Assembly: GCF_001194135.2 (NCBI RefSeq)
Contig: NC_068990.1
Coordinates: 22,988,073-23,022,200 of the forward strand
Source: Octopus bimaculoides
Taxonomy: Eukaryota
Direction of reading: 5' to 3'
DNA length: 34,128 nucleotides
Of this stretch, positions 12,613 through 24,223 are shown piece by piece. The notes under the pieces are model-generated. The model was not told the origin of the DNA. It saw only the letters and a program-made list of their open reading frames with translations, and searched no databases. The translations under genes and the position numbers were made by a program. Numbering within the stretch: the stretch's first letter is position 1; every line of letters starts with the position of its first letter.

Positions 12613-13473
12613 ATATATATATATATATAGGCAATTATGTAAATGAACAAATCAGATGTATGAAATATAATAGTCTGGGTATGCAATATAAAATATATAC
12701 ATATATATTAAATTCATATTATGATAAACGTAAACAAACATACGAAGTTTGCTTTTAGAACCGTTGAAATGTCTTAGAAAGTTAAAGAAGTGAATTTTAA
12801 AGTCTCAAATGCAGGAGAATGCTAATAATATAGCCTGAACAGAATAAGCTACCCTAATTTGCAGAAAAATGTGTTGGCGGTCAGCTATGAGACACAAAAT
12901 CATACGAGATCGAGTCTCATAGCTGGCCGCCAACACTTTTTTCTGCAACTTAGGGGTAGCTTATCCTGTTCAGGCTATATTATTAGCATACATATATATG
13001 TATACATGCAAAACGAGAGAAAGCAAAATGTGGAGACTTTTAGATGATGAATATTTAAATATAAATATATAGATATTTATATTAATAAATCCAACTTACA
13101 GGGAGTACAAATGACAGACAAAATTACAGGGGTGAAAGAAAGGTGTCCAACAGTTGTTTCTAGGGGCTTGGTGATCCATTATAATGTTGGTAGATGCAGT
13201 TCATTACAATATGTGGTTGTAATTGAAGCAATCAACCTTGGATAAGATGAGCCTCTGTCATCAGCTTAGAGAAGATCTTACATTTCATATCATAATGCAG
13301 AGAAATTCAAAGGAGGAATATCATATTTAATATATTTAATTTCTTTATCCACATAATTGCCTCCATATCTGCCCGTCCTGATCCCTATTATAGCCCTTCT
13401 TTACCCTAACAGTAGTGCCCCGGAAGGGCAACAATTGAAAGAGGTTGGAAATAGAAACAATAATCATACTGAC

Positions 13474-13572
13474 CGTAAGAAACGCTCATACAGATGACCT
13501 GATGCCAAGGAAAAGATATTTAATGTGGAATCTTTATCTTCTTTCTTCTCCTTCTTGCCCCCACCAAAAGAA
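13474..13572 (-). CDS. UGGT: UGGT exon, 99 nt, phase 2/2; start of GT24 catalytic domain
   Basis: ctttcag|T ... CG|gtcagt. Encodes SFGGGKKEKKEDKDSTLNIFSLASGHLYERFL; NIFS.ASGHLYERFLR is diagnostic. Confidence 0.97.
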
Positions 13573-13985
13573 CTGAAAGTAGAAATCAATAATATAAGAT
13601 TATATATTCATATGGAATCAATAATTTGTATTACTTGATTGTTTTATAATTAATAATATTATTCGGGTTTTCTCCCTTAGACGGAGATTAAAAATCTTTT
13701 TGGTGTTTACTTTTTACTTTTTACCCTGAGGATGTGTAAGGTAATTTACTTATTTAACTTGAATTGAGAGTTGAATTTAACCTTATACAGAAATGTTGAC
13801 ATAGGTAATAAACTTTAATATAAATGGATATTAGCGTCAAAACTCTTATATAAATTTTTGATATATAATCAAGGAGATCGATCCATAAGGAGTCTACTAT
13901 AGACCTTTGTGGCCAAATTCTTGCTATTTTGATAACGATTATATGTTTTATCTCACCAATACATTGTGGAGATATCATTATATGA

Positions 13986-14032
<47 letters not shown>

Positions 14033-14774
14033 CGTAAATATATATACAGAGAGAGAGAGATCATATGTCATATATATATATATATATATATATATATTTC
14101 TGAAACAACAGAGACTCAGACACCTTTAGTTTCAGGCCGGTGTACTCTGCTATGTGCACTGACATGAAAATCAAATAAGTATATACTCTACTTTATGTAT
14201 TGAGTTACTCCCATTTATATAAAAATTGATGTTAAGAAGTTTACTTCCCAACCAGATGATTATGGGTTCACTTTTGCAGCATGGATCCTTACAATAGCCT
14301 CAGGCCAATCAAAGGTTTGTGAGTGGATTTGGTAGATGGAAACTGAAAGAAGCCCATCAAAGATGTGTGTGTGTGTGTGTGTGTGTGTGTTTGTGTGAGT
14401 GCACAACTGTGTACTGCTTTGATCTGACACTGCATGGTAGTTACAAACGAATGTCCCCTTATTTGGTGAGGGTTGGTGAGAGGAAGAGTATCAGGCTGTA
14501 CAAAATCTAAATCTGCAAATTCCGTCCAACTCATGTCAGCATGGAAAAGTGGATGTTAATACGATGTGAAAAATTGATAGACAGACAGACAGACATACTG
14601 TATGAATTGGCAAAAGTACATTGCATTATTAGCTATGTCCCTTTACTCCAAGGTTAACTTTGCCTTCTGTTACTTTCAAGAACGATAAAACAAGTAGCAA
14701 AGTTTGGGGATCAATATGACTGACTGTAAAGCTTTAAAAACAATAATCCCACAGCATAGCCACAGTCTATCATC

Positions 14775-15160
14775 ATACCATCATCGTCGTTTAACGTCCG
14801 CTTTCCATGCTGGCATGGGTTGGACGGTTTGACTGAGGACTGGTGAGCCAAAAGACTGCGCCAGGCTCAATCTGATCTGGCAAAGTTTCTACAGCTGGAT
14901 GCCCTTCCTAACACCAACCACTCCAAGAGTGTAGTGGGTGCTTTTACGTGCCACCAGCACGAGGGTCAGTCAGCTGGTTCCGGCAACGATCACACCAAAA
15001 AGGTGATTTTTACATGCTGCCTGCACGGAAGCTAGTCTGGCGGCACTGGCAACGTCCATGCTCGAATGTTGTTTTTCATGTGCCACCAGCACATGTGCCG
15101 GTAAGGCGATGCTGGCAGCGATCACATTTGAATGGTGCTTTTTAAGTGCCACTGGCATGG
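14775..15160 (-). mobile_element. RTE-tail family copy with internal repeats
   Basis: catcatcgtcgtttaacgtccgctttccatgctggcatgggttggacgg plus repeated gcttttacgtgccacc units. Confidence 0.9.
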
Positions 15161-15169
15161 GTTACGTGT

Positions 15170-15540
15170 CACCGGTACTTCTTATATATTCTTGTATTCA
15201 TGTTGACTCTTGAATACAACTGGTATTCTGATGGTTATGAGACGATAGGGATTCTGATTGATCCAATCAACAGAACAGCCTGCTCGGGAAATTAATGTAC
15301 AAGTGGCTGAGCATTCCACAGACACACATACCCATAACATAGTTCTCAGGGAGATTCAGAAAGCCACAGTGTGACAAGACCGGCCCTTTGAAAAACAGGT
15401 ACAACTCATTTTTGCCAGCCGAGTGAACTGGAGCAACATGAAATAAAGAGTCTTACTCAAAAAACATAAAAAACATGTGGCCAGGTATTGAATCCATGAC
15501 CTTTTGATCGAGAGCCGCATACCCTAACCATTATGCCACA
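15170..15540 (-). mobile_element. tRNA-headed SINE family E; related copies at 10085-10280 (-) and 27085-27240 (+)
   Basis: Minus-strand TGGCATAATGGTTAG ... GGATTCAATACC head followed by tgagcaagacactttatttcacgttgctccagttcactc central domain shared among copies. Confidence 0.8.
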
Positions 15541-15719
15541 CACCTTTGCTCTTGAATATAAGAATGTATAAGGAGAGACAAGACTATATAAGGACAAATA
15601 CATCTCTGTTGTTCTTGCTTTGACAAAATAAACCTTTCAAAGAGAGGAGACAGGTATAATTGAAAGACATCAAAAACTAAATTTTTAAATTCCAAAAGGT
15701 TAAATTTACAGATACTTGC

Positions 15720-15805
15720 CTTGATATAGAGTCCCATATACCCATGCTCTCATCTTCATCATCTTTGAGTAGTTCTTCATTGACCTTATCTGATTTTTTG
15801 CCAAC
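15720..15805 (-). CDS. UGGT: UGGT exon, 86 nt, phase 0/2, followed by a GC donor
   Basis: aatttag|GTT ... AG|gcaagt. Encodes VGKKSDKVNEELLKDDEDESMGIWDSIS (V.KK....EDLL ... G.WDS linker). Confidence 0.92.
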
Positions 15806-16503
15806 CTAAATTTTAAAAGAACAAAAACACCACATAAATAAAAAATAATAAAATAATAATAATAATAATAATAATAATAAAGCAGAAATGCGACAATATT
15901 CACTTCAGAAATTATGTATCATCATTATCCTCCTCATTTTAACATCCACTTTTCCATGTTTGCATGGGCCAGACAGAATTATGAGGTACATTTTTTACAG
16001 CCAGATGCCCTTCCTGTTGTGAACCCTCAGCTGTTTCCAAGCAAGATATTTTCCTTATGGCCAGACATGATTTTGCAGAGAGCCACACATAAACATGGAC
16101 ACACATATATTTATATTTAATATCTCTAGGGTTATAACCTTATACTGTGCATTTCAAATCTCCTCTACAGTTATCAGCTACCATATGCTATCATAGAGCA
16201 GAAACACTCCTTTTATTGGATATACATGAGGAAATTTGTTAGTGTATGTACAATGAGAAACTAAATGTGATCCTACAGTGCTCTCGAAGGCACTCACCTG
16301 ATGATGTGCAAGTACATAGCTATTGCTGCATCATATTTGTTTAATATTTCTATAATAATGAGTAATATTTGAAACACTCAGCAACTAACAGGTGTTAGTA
16401 AGCCATAGAAACAATTGTAATTTGGATTGAAGCCTGGTTGTTCAATCATCTTGTATTATAATTTTTCTAACCCTACAAATACACACACACACACATATAT
16501 ATA

Positions 16504-17148
16504 NNNNNNNNNNNNNNNNNNNNNNNNNNNNNNNNNNNNNNNNNNNNNNNNNNNNNNNNNNNNNNNNNNNNNNNNNNNNNNNNNNNNNNNNNNNNNNNNN
16601 NNNNNNNNNNNNNNNNNNNNNNNNNNNNNNNNNNNNNNNNNNNNNNNNNNNNNNNNNNNNNNNNNNNNNNNNNNNNNNNNNNNNNNNNNNNNNNNNNNNN
16701 NNNNNNNNNNNNNNNNNNNNNNNNNNNNNNNNNNNNNNNNNNNNNNNNNNNNNNNNNNNNNNNNNNNNNNNNNNNNNNNNNNNNNNNNNNNNNNNNNNNN
16801 NNNNNNNNNNNNNNNNNNNNNNNNNNNNNNNNNNNNNNNNNNNNNNNNNNNNNNNNNNNNNNNNNNNNNNNNNNNNNNNNNNNNNNNNNNNNNNNNNNNN
16901 NNNNNNNNNNNNNNNNNNNNNNNNNNNNNNNNNNNNNNNNNNNNNNNNNNNNNNNNNNNNNNNNNNNNNNNNNNNNNNNNNNNNNNNNNNNNNNNNNNNN
17001 NNNNNNNNNNNNNNNNNNNNNNNNNNNNNNNNNNNNNNNNNNNNNNNNNNNNNNNNNNNNNNNNNNNNNNNNNNNNNNNNNNNNNNNNNNNNNNNNNNNN
17101 NNNNNNNNNNNNNNNNNNNNNNNNNNNNNNNNNNNNNNNNNNNNNNNN
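16504..17148. other. Largest assembly gap (N run); others near 1593, 10381, 11515-11703, 19238-19312, 23777-23825, 26240 and 28868
   Basis: N runs, mostly adjoining microsatellites. No UGGT exon needs to lie in them because exon phases already join. Confidence 0.99.
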
Positions 17149-17245
17149 CTAGGCTTCTAAAGAATAAGTCCTGGGGTCGATTTGCTCGACTAAAAGGCGG
17201 TGCTCCAGCATGGCCACAGTCAAAAGACTGAAACAAGTAAAAGAG

Positions 17246-17293
<48 letters not shown>

Positions 17294-18985
17294 ATGCGCT
17301 TCTTTCAGTTTTCCTCAAACAAATCCACTCACAAGGCTTTGCTCAACCGAAGGCTACATCAGAAAACACTTGCCCAAGGTGCCACACTGTGAAACTGAAA
17401 CCAAAACCATGTGGTTGGGAAGCAAACTTTTTAACATGCAGCTCCGTATCCATACTTAACAAAAAAAAAATAAACTTTGCACATCTCTTCAAGTCATGCT
17501 AGCACCTTACAAGTAATGACAATGACTTCAACAGCTAATCGAAGGGGGTTATCAGAACATATTGGTCAGCTTTTTCGTAGAGGTCTGGAATCATAAAAAC
17601 GCTAATAAACCCTTACCCAGAAAGCCGTTTCATCAATGCATTTTAAGTATCTAAATAAATTACTTGCAGATAGTAAGGGAAATAACTTTATCGAAAATTC
17701 AACTTAAAGCAGCGAAAACATTAGCCAATCATTAAATCATTAAATATTTTTCTTCGCAGTATAATTATTTCTGGTTACTTTTTAATGCTTCCTTCACTCA
17801 ATATATATATGTTAAGACGACTATAAATCTTTGTTTGTTATATGAGTATACAAAAATGACCAGCTCTTTCTTTTTGTCCCTTAACGTTTAGTATATTTCT
17901 AGCCTTTTAGCATTTAGATTACTCTGTCAAATTGCTTTGAATTAATCATGCATTATCTTGTAGCTTTGAGGTCTTGATGATGTGTTTGTTTACTTTTAGA
18001 ATGACATTGTATGGTAGGCGTGAGAGGCTGGATCTGGCTAGCTTAAACGTAAGATAAGCAGAATATTTTGGCTGGATATGGCCAGTTTAAATATGACAGG
18101 GTTAAATCAACACTAAGACATCATTATTATGCGGTGAGTTAACAAGGGGGAGAGCTGGCAAATTCATTAGCAAGCTGCACAAAATGTCTAGTGGTGTTTC
18201 ATTCGTCTTTACCCCAAGGTTGACTTTGCCTTTCATCCTTTCAGGGTCAATAAGATAAGTTCCAGTTGAGAACTGGTGTCGATATAATCAACAAGCCCCC
18301 TCCCTTCTAAATTTCAGGCCTTGTGCCAAAAGAAGAAAGGACTATGTAGTGAGATAAGGCAGCAAGCTGACAAAATTGGTAGAGCATCAGAAAAAAAAAA
18401 TGCTTTGCGGTGTTTCTTCCAACCCCTTACATTCTGAGTTCGAATTCTGTTGAGGTCACCTTTGCCTTTCATCCTTTCCAGGTCAATAAAATAAATACTG
18501 GTCAAGTACTGGAGTCAACATAATTGATTTTCCCCTTCCCCTCAAACTTCCTGGCCTTGCACCACTTCATAACCACACAGCAATGGGGCTGGGGGTGGAG
18601 GAAAGAGGGAGAAAGAAAGAGAGAGAGGGAGGGAAAAGAACATTTGAAATGCAACCATGCCCATAGGAAACTTTGCACCGTGAAAGCTTCTTTCAGTTTC
18701 CATCAATCAAATCCACTCACAAACCTTTGGCCAGCCTGTTGGGTATAGTAGAAGACACTTGCCCAAGTTGGGTGCCACACAGTAGGAATGAACCCAAGAC
18801 CACTTGGTTTGGAAGCAAGCTTCTTAACCACATAGCCATGCCAGCACCACTTCATAAACACACAGCAATGGGGGTTGGGGGTAGTGGAAAGAGGGAGAGA
18901 AAGAGAGAGAAAGAGGGAGGGAAAAGAACATTTCAAATGCAACCATGCCCATAGGAAATGATGAAAGCCAACACTTCACACTCAC

Positions 18986-19070
18986 CTTAATGCGAATAGT
19001 TTTACTCTTGAAACTGTTGATAGCAACAACAAGATCTTTGGATCCGGCCGGAGTGTCAGTCATCTCATGG
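18986..19070 (-). CDS. UGGT: UGGT exon, 85 nt, phase 2/0
   Basis: tttacag|C ... AAG|gtgagt. Encodes (S)HEMTDTPAGSKDLVVAINSFKSKTIRIK. Confidence 0.95.
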
Positions 19071-19189
19071 CTGTAAAGAAAACAGATTGCCTCTTGAGTG
19101 GGCAGAATGTCCATTTTATTTATTTATTATAACAAAAAAAGGAGGTGCCATGCACAGAATCACAACCGGGATATTGCTGTAGAGAAGGA

Positions 19190-19585
19190 TGGTGAGCTGG
19201 CAGAAGCACTACCACGCTGGGCAAAATGCTCAAAGATNNNNNNNNNNNNNNNNNNNNNNNNNNNNNNNNNNNNNNNNNNNNNNNNNNNNNNNNNNNNNNN
19301 NNNNNNNNNNNNGGTCAATGTAATTGACTTAATCCCTTTGTCTGTCCCCTCTATGTTTGGCCCCTTGTGGGCAATAAAGAAATAAAGAAACGTTAGCCCG
19401 CTGGGCGAAATGCTTATCGGTATTTCGTCTGTCTTTACGTTCAGGGTTCAAATCCCGCCGAGGTCGACTTTGTCTTTCAGGTTCGATTAAATAAGTACTA
19501 GTTACGCACTGGGGTCGATGTAATCGACTTAATTTCTTCATCTGTCCCCTCTGTGTTTAGCCCCCTGTGGGCAATAAAGAAATAT
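19190..19585 (+). mobile_element. Two tandem copies of tRNA-headed SINE family C, the first broken by an N gap
   Basis: Head ggtgagctggcagaa..., B-box-like ggttcaaatcc, body gaggtcgactttg...ggggtcgatgtaatcgacttaat, tail gggcaataaagaaata. Confidence 0.88.
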
Positions 19586-19649
19586 GTATATGTATAAGGA
19601 AATAAGGTATTATTGAAGAAAAAACTACTAGTGAGTTCAAGTGCCCCTA

Positions 19650-20292
19650 ACAGTGGTTTACAGCCAGAGTCCATATAAGATTTTTGGGGGTCCACATTAG
19701 TAAAATGTGGAGGTACATGGCCTAGTGGTTAGAGCAGCGGATTTGCAGTAAAGGGATCGCAGGTTCGAATCTCAGATCGGGCAATGCGTGTGTTTATGAG
19801 TGAAACACCTAAGCTCCACGCAGCTCTGGCAGAAGGCAATGGCAAACTTCTGCTGACTTTTTTGCCACAACTTTCTCTCACTCTTTCCTCCTGCATCTGG
19901 CAGCTCACCTGTGGCAGACCAGCATCCCATCCAGGTGGGAAACCCATATGCCAATGAAACCGGGAAACCGGCCTATTTGAGCCAAGCACAGCTCGAGAAG
20001 AAACAAACAACAATATTAACAAAATAGTAAATTGGGAATCCACAGTTGAATTTTATGGATCCATGAAAAGTTTTGATTTAAATGTATCTATTGAAAAAAG
20101 AACAATGAATTTTCTTTGTCTAATGTTTTACATCGTTCAAACTATACAAGTAAATGAACGAAGAACAAAATAGGAATTTTTAAAGAAGTAGATATAAAAT
20201 TAGTTTTTAAACATTGACTGGCTATGGGGGTCCACTTGAATATAATAGTAGTTATAAGGGTACGTGGGTAAAAAACGGTTGAGAACAACTGC
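19650..20292. mobile_element. Older hAT-like MITE interrupted by SINE D
   Basis: Degenerate ends cagtggtttacagcc ... ggttgagaacaactg and internal gggggtccac motifs. TSD not conserved. Confidence 0.55.
19706..19990 (+). mobile_element. tRNA-headed SINE family D, nested inside a hAT-like element
   Basis: Strong A box TGGCCTAGTGGTTAG and B box GGTTCGAATC, then gaaggcaatggcaaac. No complete cloverleaf, so it is not a tRNA gene. Confidence 0.8.
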
Positions 20293-20539
20293 TCTAGAGA
20301 CACTGAGCCCCATTTTTTTAGATAGAACACATGTAGCAGGTAATGTGAAGTAATGTTTCTTCCTATAGGTTGGTGTCCTATCCAGGGGAAGATTTATCTC
20401 TCATCTGTTTCACGAAATTGGAGCCAAAGTAATGAACCTGTCACAAACAGCATAGCATACATCTACACTGAGATATTACTGGTATATGTTTACATGACTT
20501 AAAAGGGATAAAAAGATAAAGGATAGGACAAAATTGTTT

Positions 20540-20870
20540 CAGTCATTAAACTGTGACCATCCTGGAGCACTAACACCATAGATTTAGTCAAACAAATCGA
20601 CCCTATTATTCTTTCTTTTCACTAAGCCTTGTACTTATTCCATTCGTCTCTGTTTTGCTGATCTGCTACATTGCAGGGACGTAAACAAACCAACACCAGT
20701 CATCAAGTGTTGGGAGCCAAACACAAAGACACACACCCGACTTGCTTCTTTCTACCAAATACACTCACAAAACTTTGGTCGGCCCAAAGCTATAATAGGG
20801 GACACTTGTCCTTGGTTCCATGCAGTGGGACTGAACTCGGAACCATGTTGTTGGAAACAAAACTTCTTAT
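20540..20870 (-). mobile_element. SINE family A; further partial copies at about 10500-10650 (-), 11790-11890 (+), 14230-14420 (+), 17150-17450, 18680-18845 (-) and 21355-21670 (-)
   Basis: Shared ccaaatccactcacaaggctttggtcggccc / gtgggactgaacccggaacc motifs. Confidence 0.8.
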
Positions 20871-21068
20871 TTCTTTACTCCCCACAAGGGGCTACACACA
20901 GAGGGGACAAACAAGGACAGACAAAGGGATTAAGTCGATTACATCGACCCCAGTGCGTAACTGGTACTTAATTTATCGACCCCGAAAGGATGAAAGGCAA
21001 AGTCGACCTCGGCGGAATTTGAACTCGGAACATAATGGCAGACGAAATACCGCTAAGCATTTCGCCCA
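20860..21068 (-). mobile_element. SINE family C, inverted relative to 19390-19585; other copies at about 2445-2890 (+), 5380-5590 (-), 9045-9490 (+), 11925-12020 (+), 18155-18560 (+), 22340-22620 (-), 22645-22835 (+) and 29135-29290 (-)
   Basis: cgaccccgaaaggatgaaaggcaaagtcgacctcggcggaatttgaactc motif and its reverse complement. Confidence 0.88.
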
Positions 21069-21718
21069 TTTGAATGTATTTTTAAAAAAAAAATTAATTC
21101 AAGGGAGACAACTTCATTAATTTATAAGCGATGAATTTGTCAATAGAATGTTTTGCGTTTACTTATTTTCGAAGTTCTTTGTACTTGTTCGTCAAGTGAC
21201 TTGATTCGAGGTCACTATGTTGAAAATGGTGGTAGAATAATATCAGAGACCAGTTCAATCAGAATATCAAGACTGATGACAATTTATAGTAAATAATACC
21301 ATGTAGCCTTGTGGAACTGAAGCCCATCATGTGTATTGGTGAGTAAATTACACACATGAACTTCTTTCAGATTCCATCTACCAAATCCACTCACACAGCT
21401 TTAGTTGGCCCAGGGCTATAGTTGAAGACACTTGCTTAAGGTGCCATGCAGTGAGACTGAACCCGGAACCATGTTGCTGGGAAACAAGCTTCATGCCATA
21501 CTGCTATGTATCACAGGACTCTCAGTTTCCTTCTGAATCAACTCACGAGGCTTGGATCTACCCAGAGCTATATTAGCTCTGGATAGATCCGTTGCTATAT
21601 TAGTAATAGGATTGAACCCAAGACAGCATCGTTGGGAAGCAAACTTCTTAACCACTTTGCCACAGCTGCTGTATATTTCATGCATCAAAGAATAAGAAAT
21701 AGTGTTAATATTACTCAC

Positions 21719-21804
21719 CTCAAGATTTCATAAATGTCTAAAGACCGCCCCTCTCTCAGCTTTAAAAGCCAAACTCCAGGATAAGCCTTCAACTGAAAGT
21801 AGCC
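21719..21804 (-). CDS. UGGT: UGGT exon, 86 nt, phase 0/2
   Basis: ttaatag|GGC ... AG|gtgagt. Encodes GYFQLKAYPGVWLLKLREGRSLDIYEIL (GYFQLKA.PG.W.L.LR.GRS.DIY). Confidence 0.97.
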
Positions 21805-21899
21805 CTATTAAATTAAGAAAAAAGAGAAAAAAAAATGTATGAATGTAACTGATTTATAGAAAAAATTGTACAAAGAAGAATTGTCATCTAAAAATAACA

Positions 21900-22235
21900 T
21901 GTAGCCGATGGCACGTGTAAACGCATTCGAGTGAGATCGTTGCCAGTGCCGCTGGACTGGCTCCTCTGCAGGTGGCACGTAAAATACACCATTTTATGCG
22001 TGGCTGTTGCCAGTACCGCCTGACTGACCTTCGTGCCAGTGGCATGTAAAAGCACCCACTACACTCTCGGAGTGGTTGGCGTTAGGAAGGGCATCCAACT
22101 GTAGAAACTCTACCAAATCAGATTGGAGCCTGGTGTAGCCATCTGGTTTCACCAGTCCTCAGTCAAATCGTCCAACCCATGCTAGCATGGAAAGCGGACG
22201 TTAAACGATGATGATGATGATGATGATGATGATGA
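21900..22235 (+). mobile_element. RTE-tail family copy (3' UTR repeats, core, (GAT)n tail)
   Basis: gcacccactacactctcggagtggttggcgttaggaagggcatcca...ccaacccatgctagcatggaaagcggacgttaaacgatgatgatg; same family as 303-780. Confidence 0.9.
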
Positions 22236-23118
22236 ATTTGGAAGCCAACTTTTTTTAATTTCTAGGTTGTTTTTAATTTTCAGCCCTCACTAGATAGACT
22301 TATGAACAAAGGAATTTCACAAGGGATGTTCTGAAATTTTAGGAGATGGGGCTAATCAATTACACTGATCCCCACCACAAAGCTCAACTATTATTTATTT
22401 CATTGATCCCTGAAAGGATGAAAGGTAAAATTGACTATGGCGGAATTTGAACTCTGAACATAAAGACATGAAATGCCGCTATGCAATATAGTACATTTAT
22501 ACTGGGACCATTAAATAGAAGAAAGTACCAGGCAAGTACTCGTTTTAATGTACTTGACTTGACCACCCAGCGCACAAAATTGCTGGCCTTGTGCCAAAAT
22601 TTGAAACAATTATTATTATTATTTAGGTATTATGAAGCAGACTCATTAGCACATGGAACAAAATGTTTAATTGCATTTCATCCGTCTAATTTCAGAGTTC
22701 AAATTCTGCCAAGATGAAGATTTATCTTTCATCCTTTTGAGGATGGGATCAATGAAATAAGTACCAGTTGAGCTCAGGGGTCAATGTAAATTAATTAGCC
22801 CCCATCTCTTAAAATTTCAGGCTCTGTGCCTAAGGATTATTATCATTATTCAATAACTCTCTTTTTGTCTATCCAGTTTACAAAAGAATAATTTTAGCAG
22901 ATTTAAAATTAGAAACCATAACGAAATAGGGAAAAAACTAATAAATAAATATATAAATAAACTAAAAAGGACCACCAAAAAAAAATGCTTTGATTTTTTT
23001 AATGTAGTAAATTGATAATTTCAATTTAATTAAATTAAACTGGGAAGATACAAAAACTAATTTTTACTTTATTTTTTCAATATTTTTCAAATGATGAGAA
23101 TATTTGTTGAGAACTTAC

Positions 23119-23225
23119 CAAATTTGCCATAACAATAGTATCGACAAGGAAAGCAGAGTTATTGGCACCGAGAGTAAACTGTAGTCCACGGGGTGGTTGG
23201 CCACTGCTAGAATCATGACAATGTC
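23119..23225 (-). CDS. UGGT: UGGT exon, 107 nt, phase 1/0
   Basis: caactag|GA ... TTG|gtaagt. Encodes HCHDSSSGQPPRGLQFTLGANNSAFLVDTIVMANL (GQPPRGLQFTLG, DTIVMANL). Confidence 0.97.
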
Positions 23226-23354
23226 CTAGTTGAGAAAAAAATAACAAAAAAAAGAAATATACTTATATATTACAAAAAATATCTGCTAAAGAAAATTTGA
23301 TATAGATTTCCTATTTCTAATGCACACATACAATGTACAAGCCTATATTTTACA

Positions 23355-23776
23355 TATTATCCTCCTCCTCCAGAGTTTTAAATTCAGCTTTTGTCCCCGA
23401 CAACAGGGGTGACCGCATCTACCTCAATGCCATAGCAACCGCCCTCATATCTACTCGCCCAGTTTTGGGCGTCCCTTTTCAGACCAACACTCCTAATCTC
23501 CTCCTTCCACCTGTCCCCTCCACCTTTTCCTGGTCTACCTTGCTTTCGCGCTCCATTTACCTCAAACACAATCACCCTCCTCAGAACATGCTCTTCAACC
23601 CTCCTCAACACATGCCCATACGACCTCACTTCATTCACCCTTACCAATCATGCCACTGATTCCTCCAGCCCCAGCATTCCCATCAAATCCTCAGTCCACC
23701 TCTTATCAAACAGCTTCACCCCACACATTTCTCTCACCATTGCTCTCTCAGTCCTTCTCAAAATTACTATCTCCCC
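23355..23776 (-). mobile_element. RTE-type LINE 3' fragment, different subfamily
   Basis: LRRTERAMVREMCGVKLFDK...RSYGHVLRR...EVNGARKQGRPGK..W with an in-frame stop; bounded by an N gap. Confidence 0.85.
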
Positions 23777-23825
23777 NNNNNNNNNNNNNNNNNNNNNNNN
23801 NNNNNNNNNNNNNNNNNNNNNNNNN

Positions 23826-23872
<47 letters not shown>

Positions 23873-24172
23873 TGAGGAGTACTGAAAAGTTCCTGGCTTT
23901 CGGGAAAGGAAAATACAGGAGGATCAGTTAATTATGATTTTACTCAACATATTCCCCTCTCAGATTCACACACGTATTGCAGCAGCTCTTCAGTTTTTTT
24001 AAACCAAGCAAAAGAATTTGGAAGGTTGGATCTTCAACCAGGCTTTTTGTGATGCACCCTCTCATGTTGGATCCTGTGTGCAGCTTTCCAGTGAGCCAGC
24101 CCAGTCAAACCATCCAACCCATGCCAGTATGGACAATGGACGCTAAATGATGATGATGATACATATACGTAC

Positions 24173-24223
<51 letters not shown>

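Noticed and set aside
4885-13473. Missing UGGT exon in the 8.6-kb intron or in N gaps
   Set aside because: Flanking exons join in frame (CG|C, FLRIMML) exactly as expected for UGGT.
16427-17290. Long ORFs 16427-17152, 16442-17290 and 11483-11833
   Set aside because: They consist mostly of N-gap translation.
19715-19790. Putative tRNA gene (A and B boxes)
   Set aside because: No acceptor-stem closure or cloverleaf, and it runs into a SINE body. The same applies to the heads at 4945, 10200-10275 and 15470-15540.
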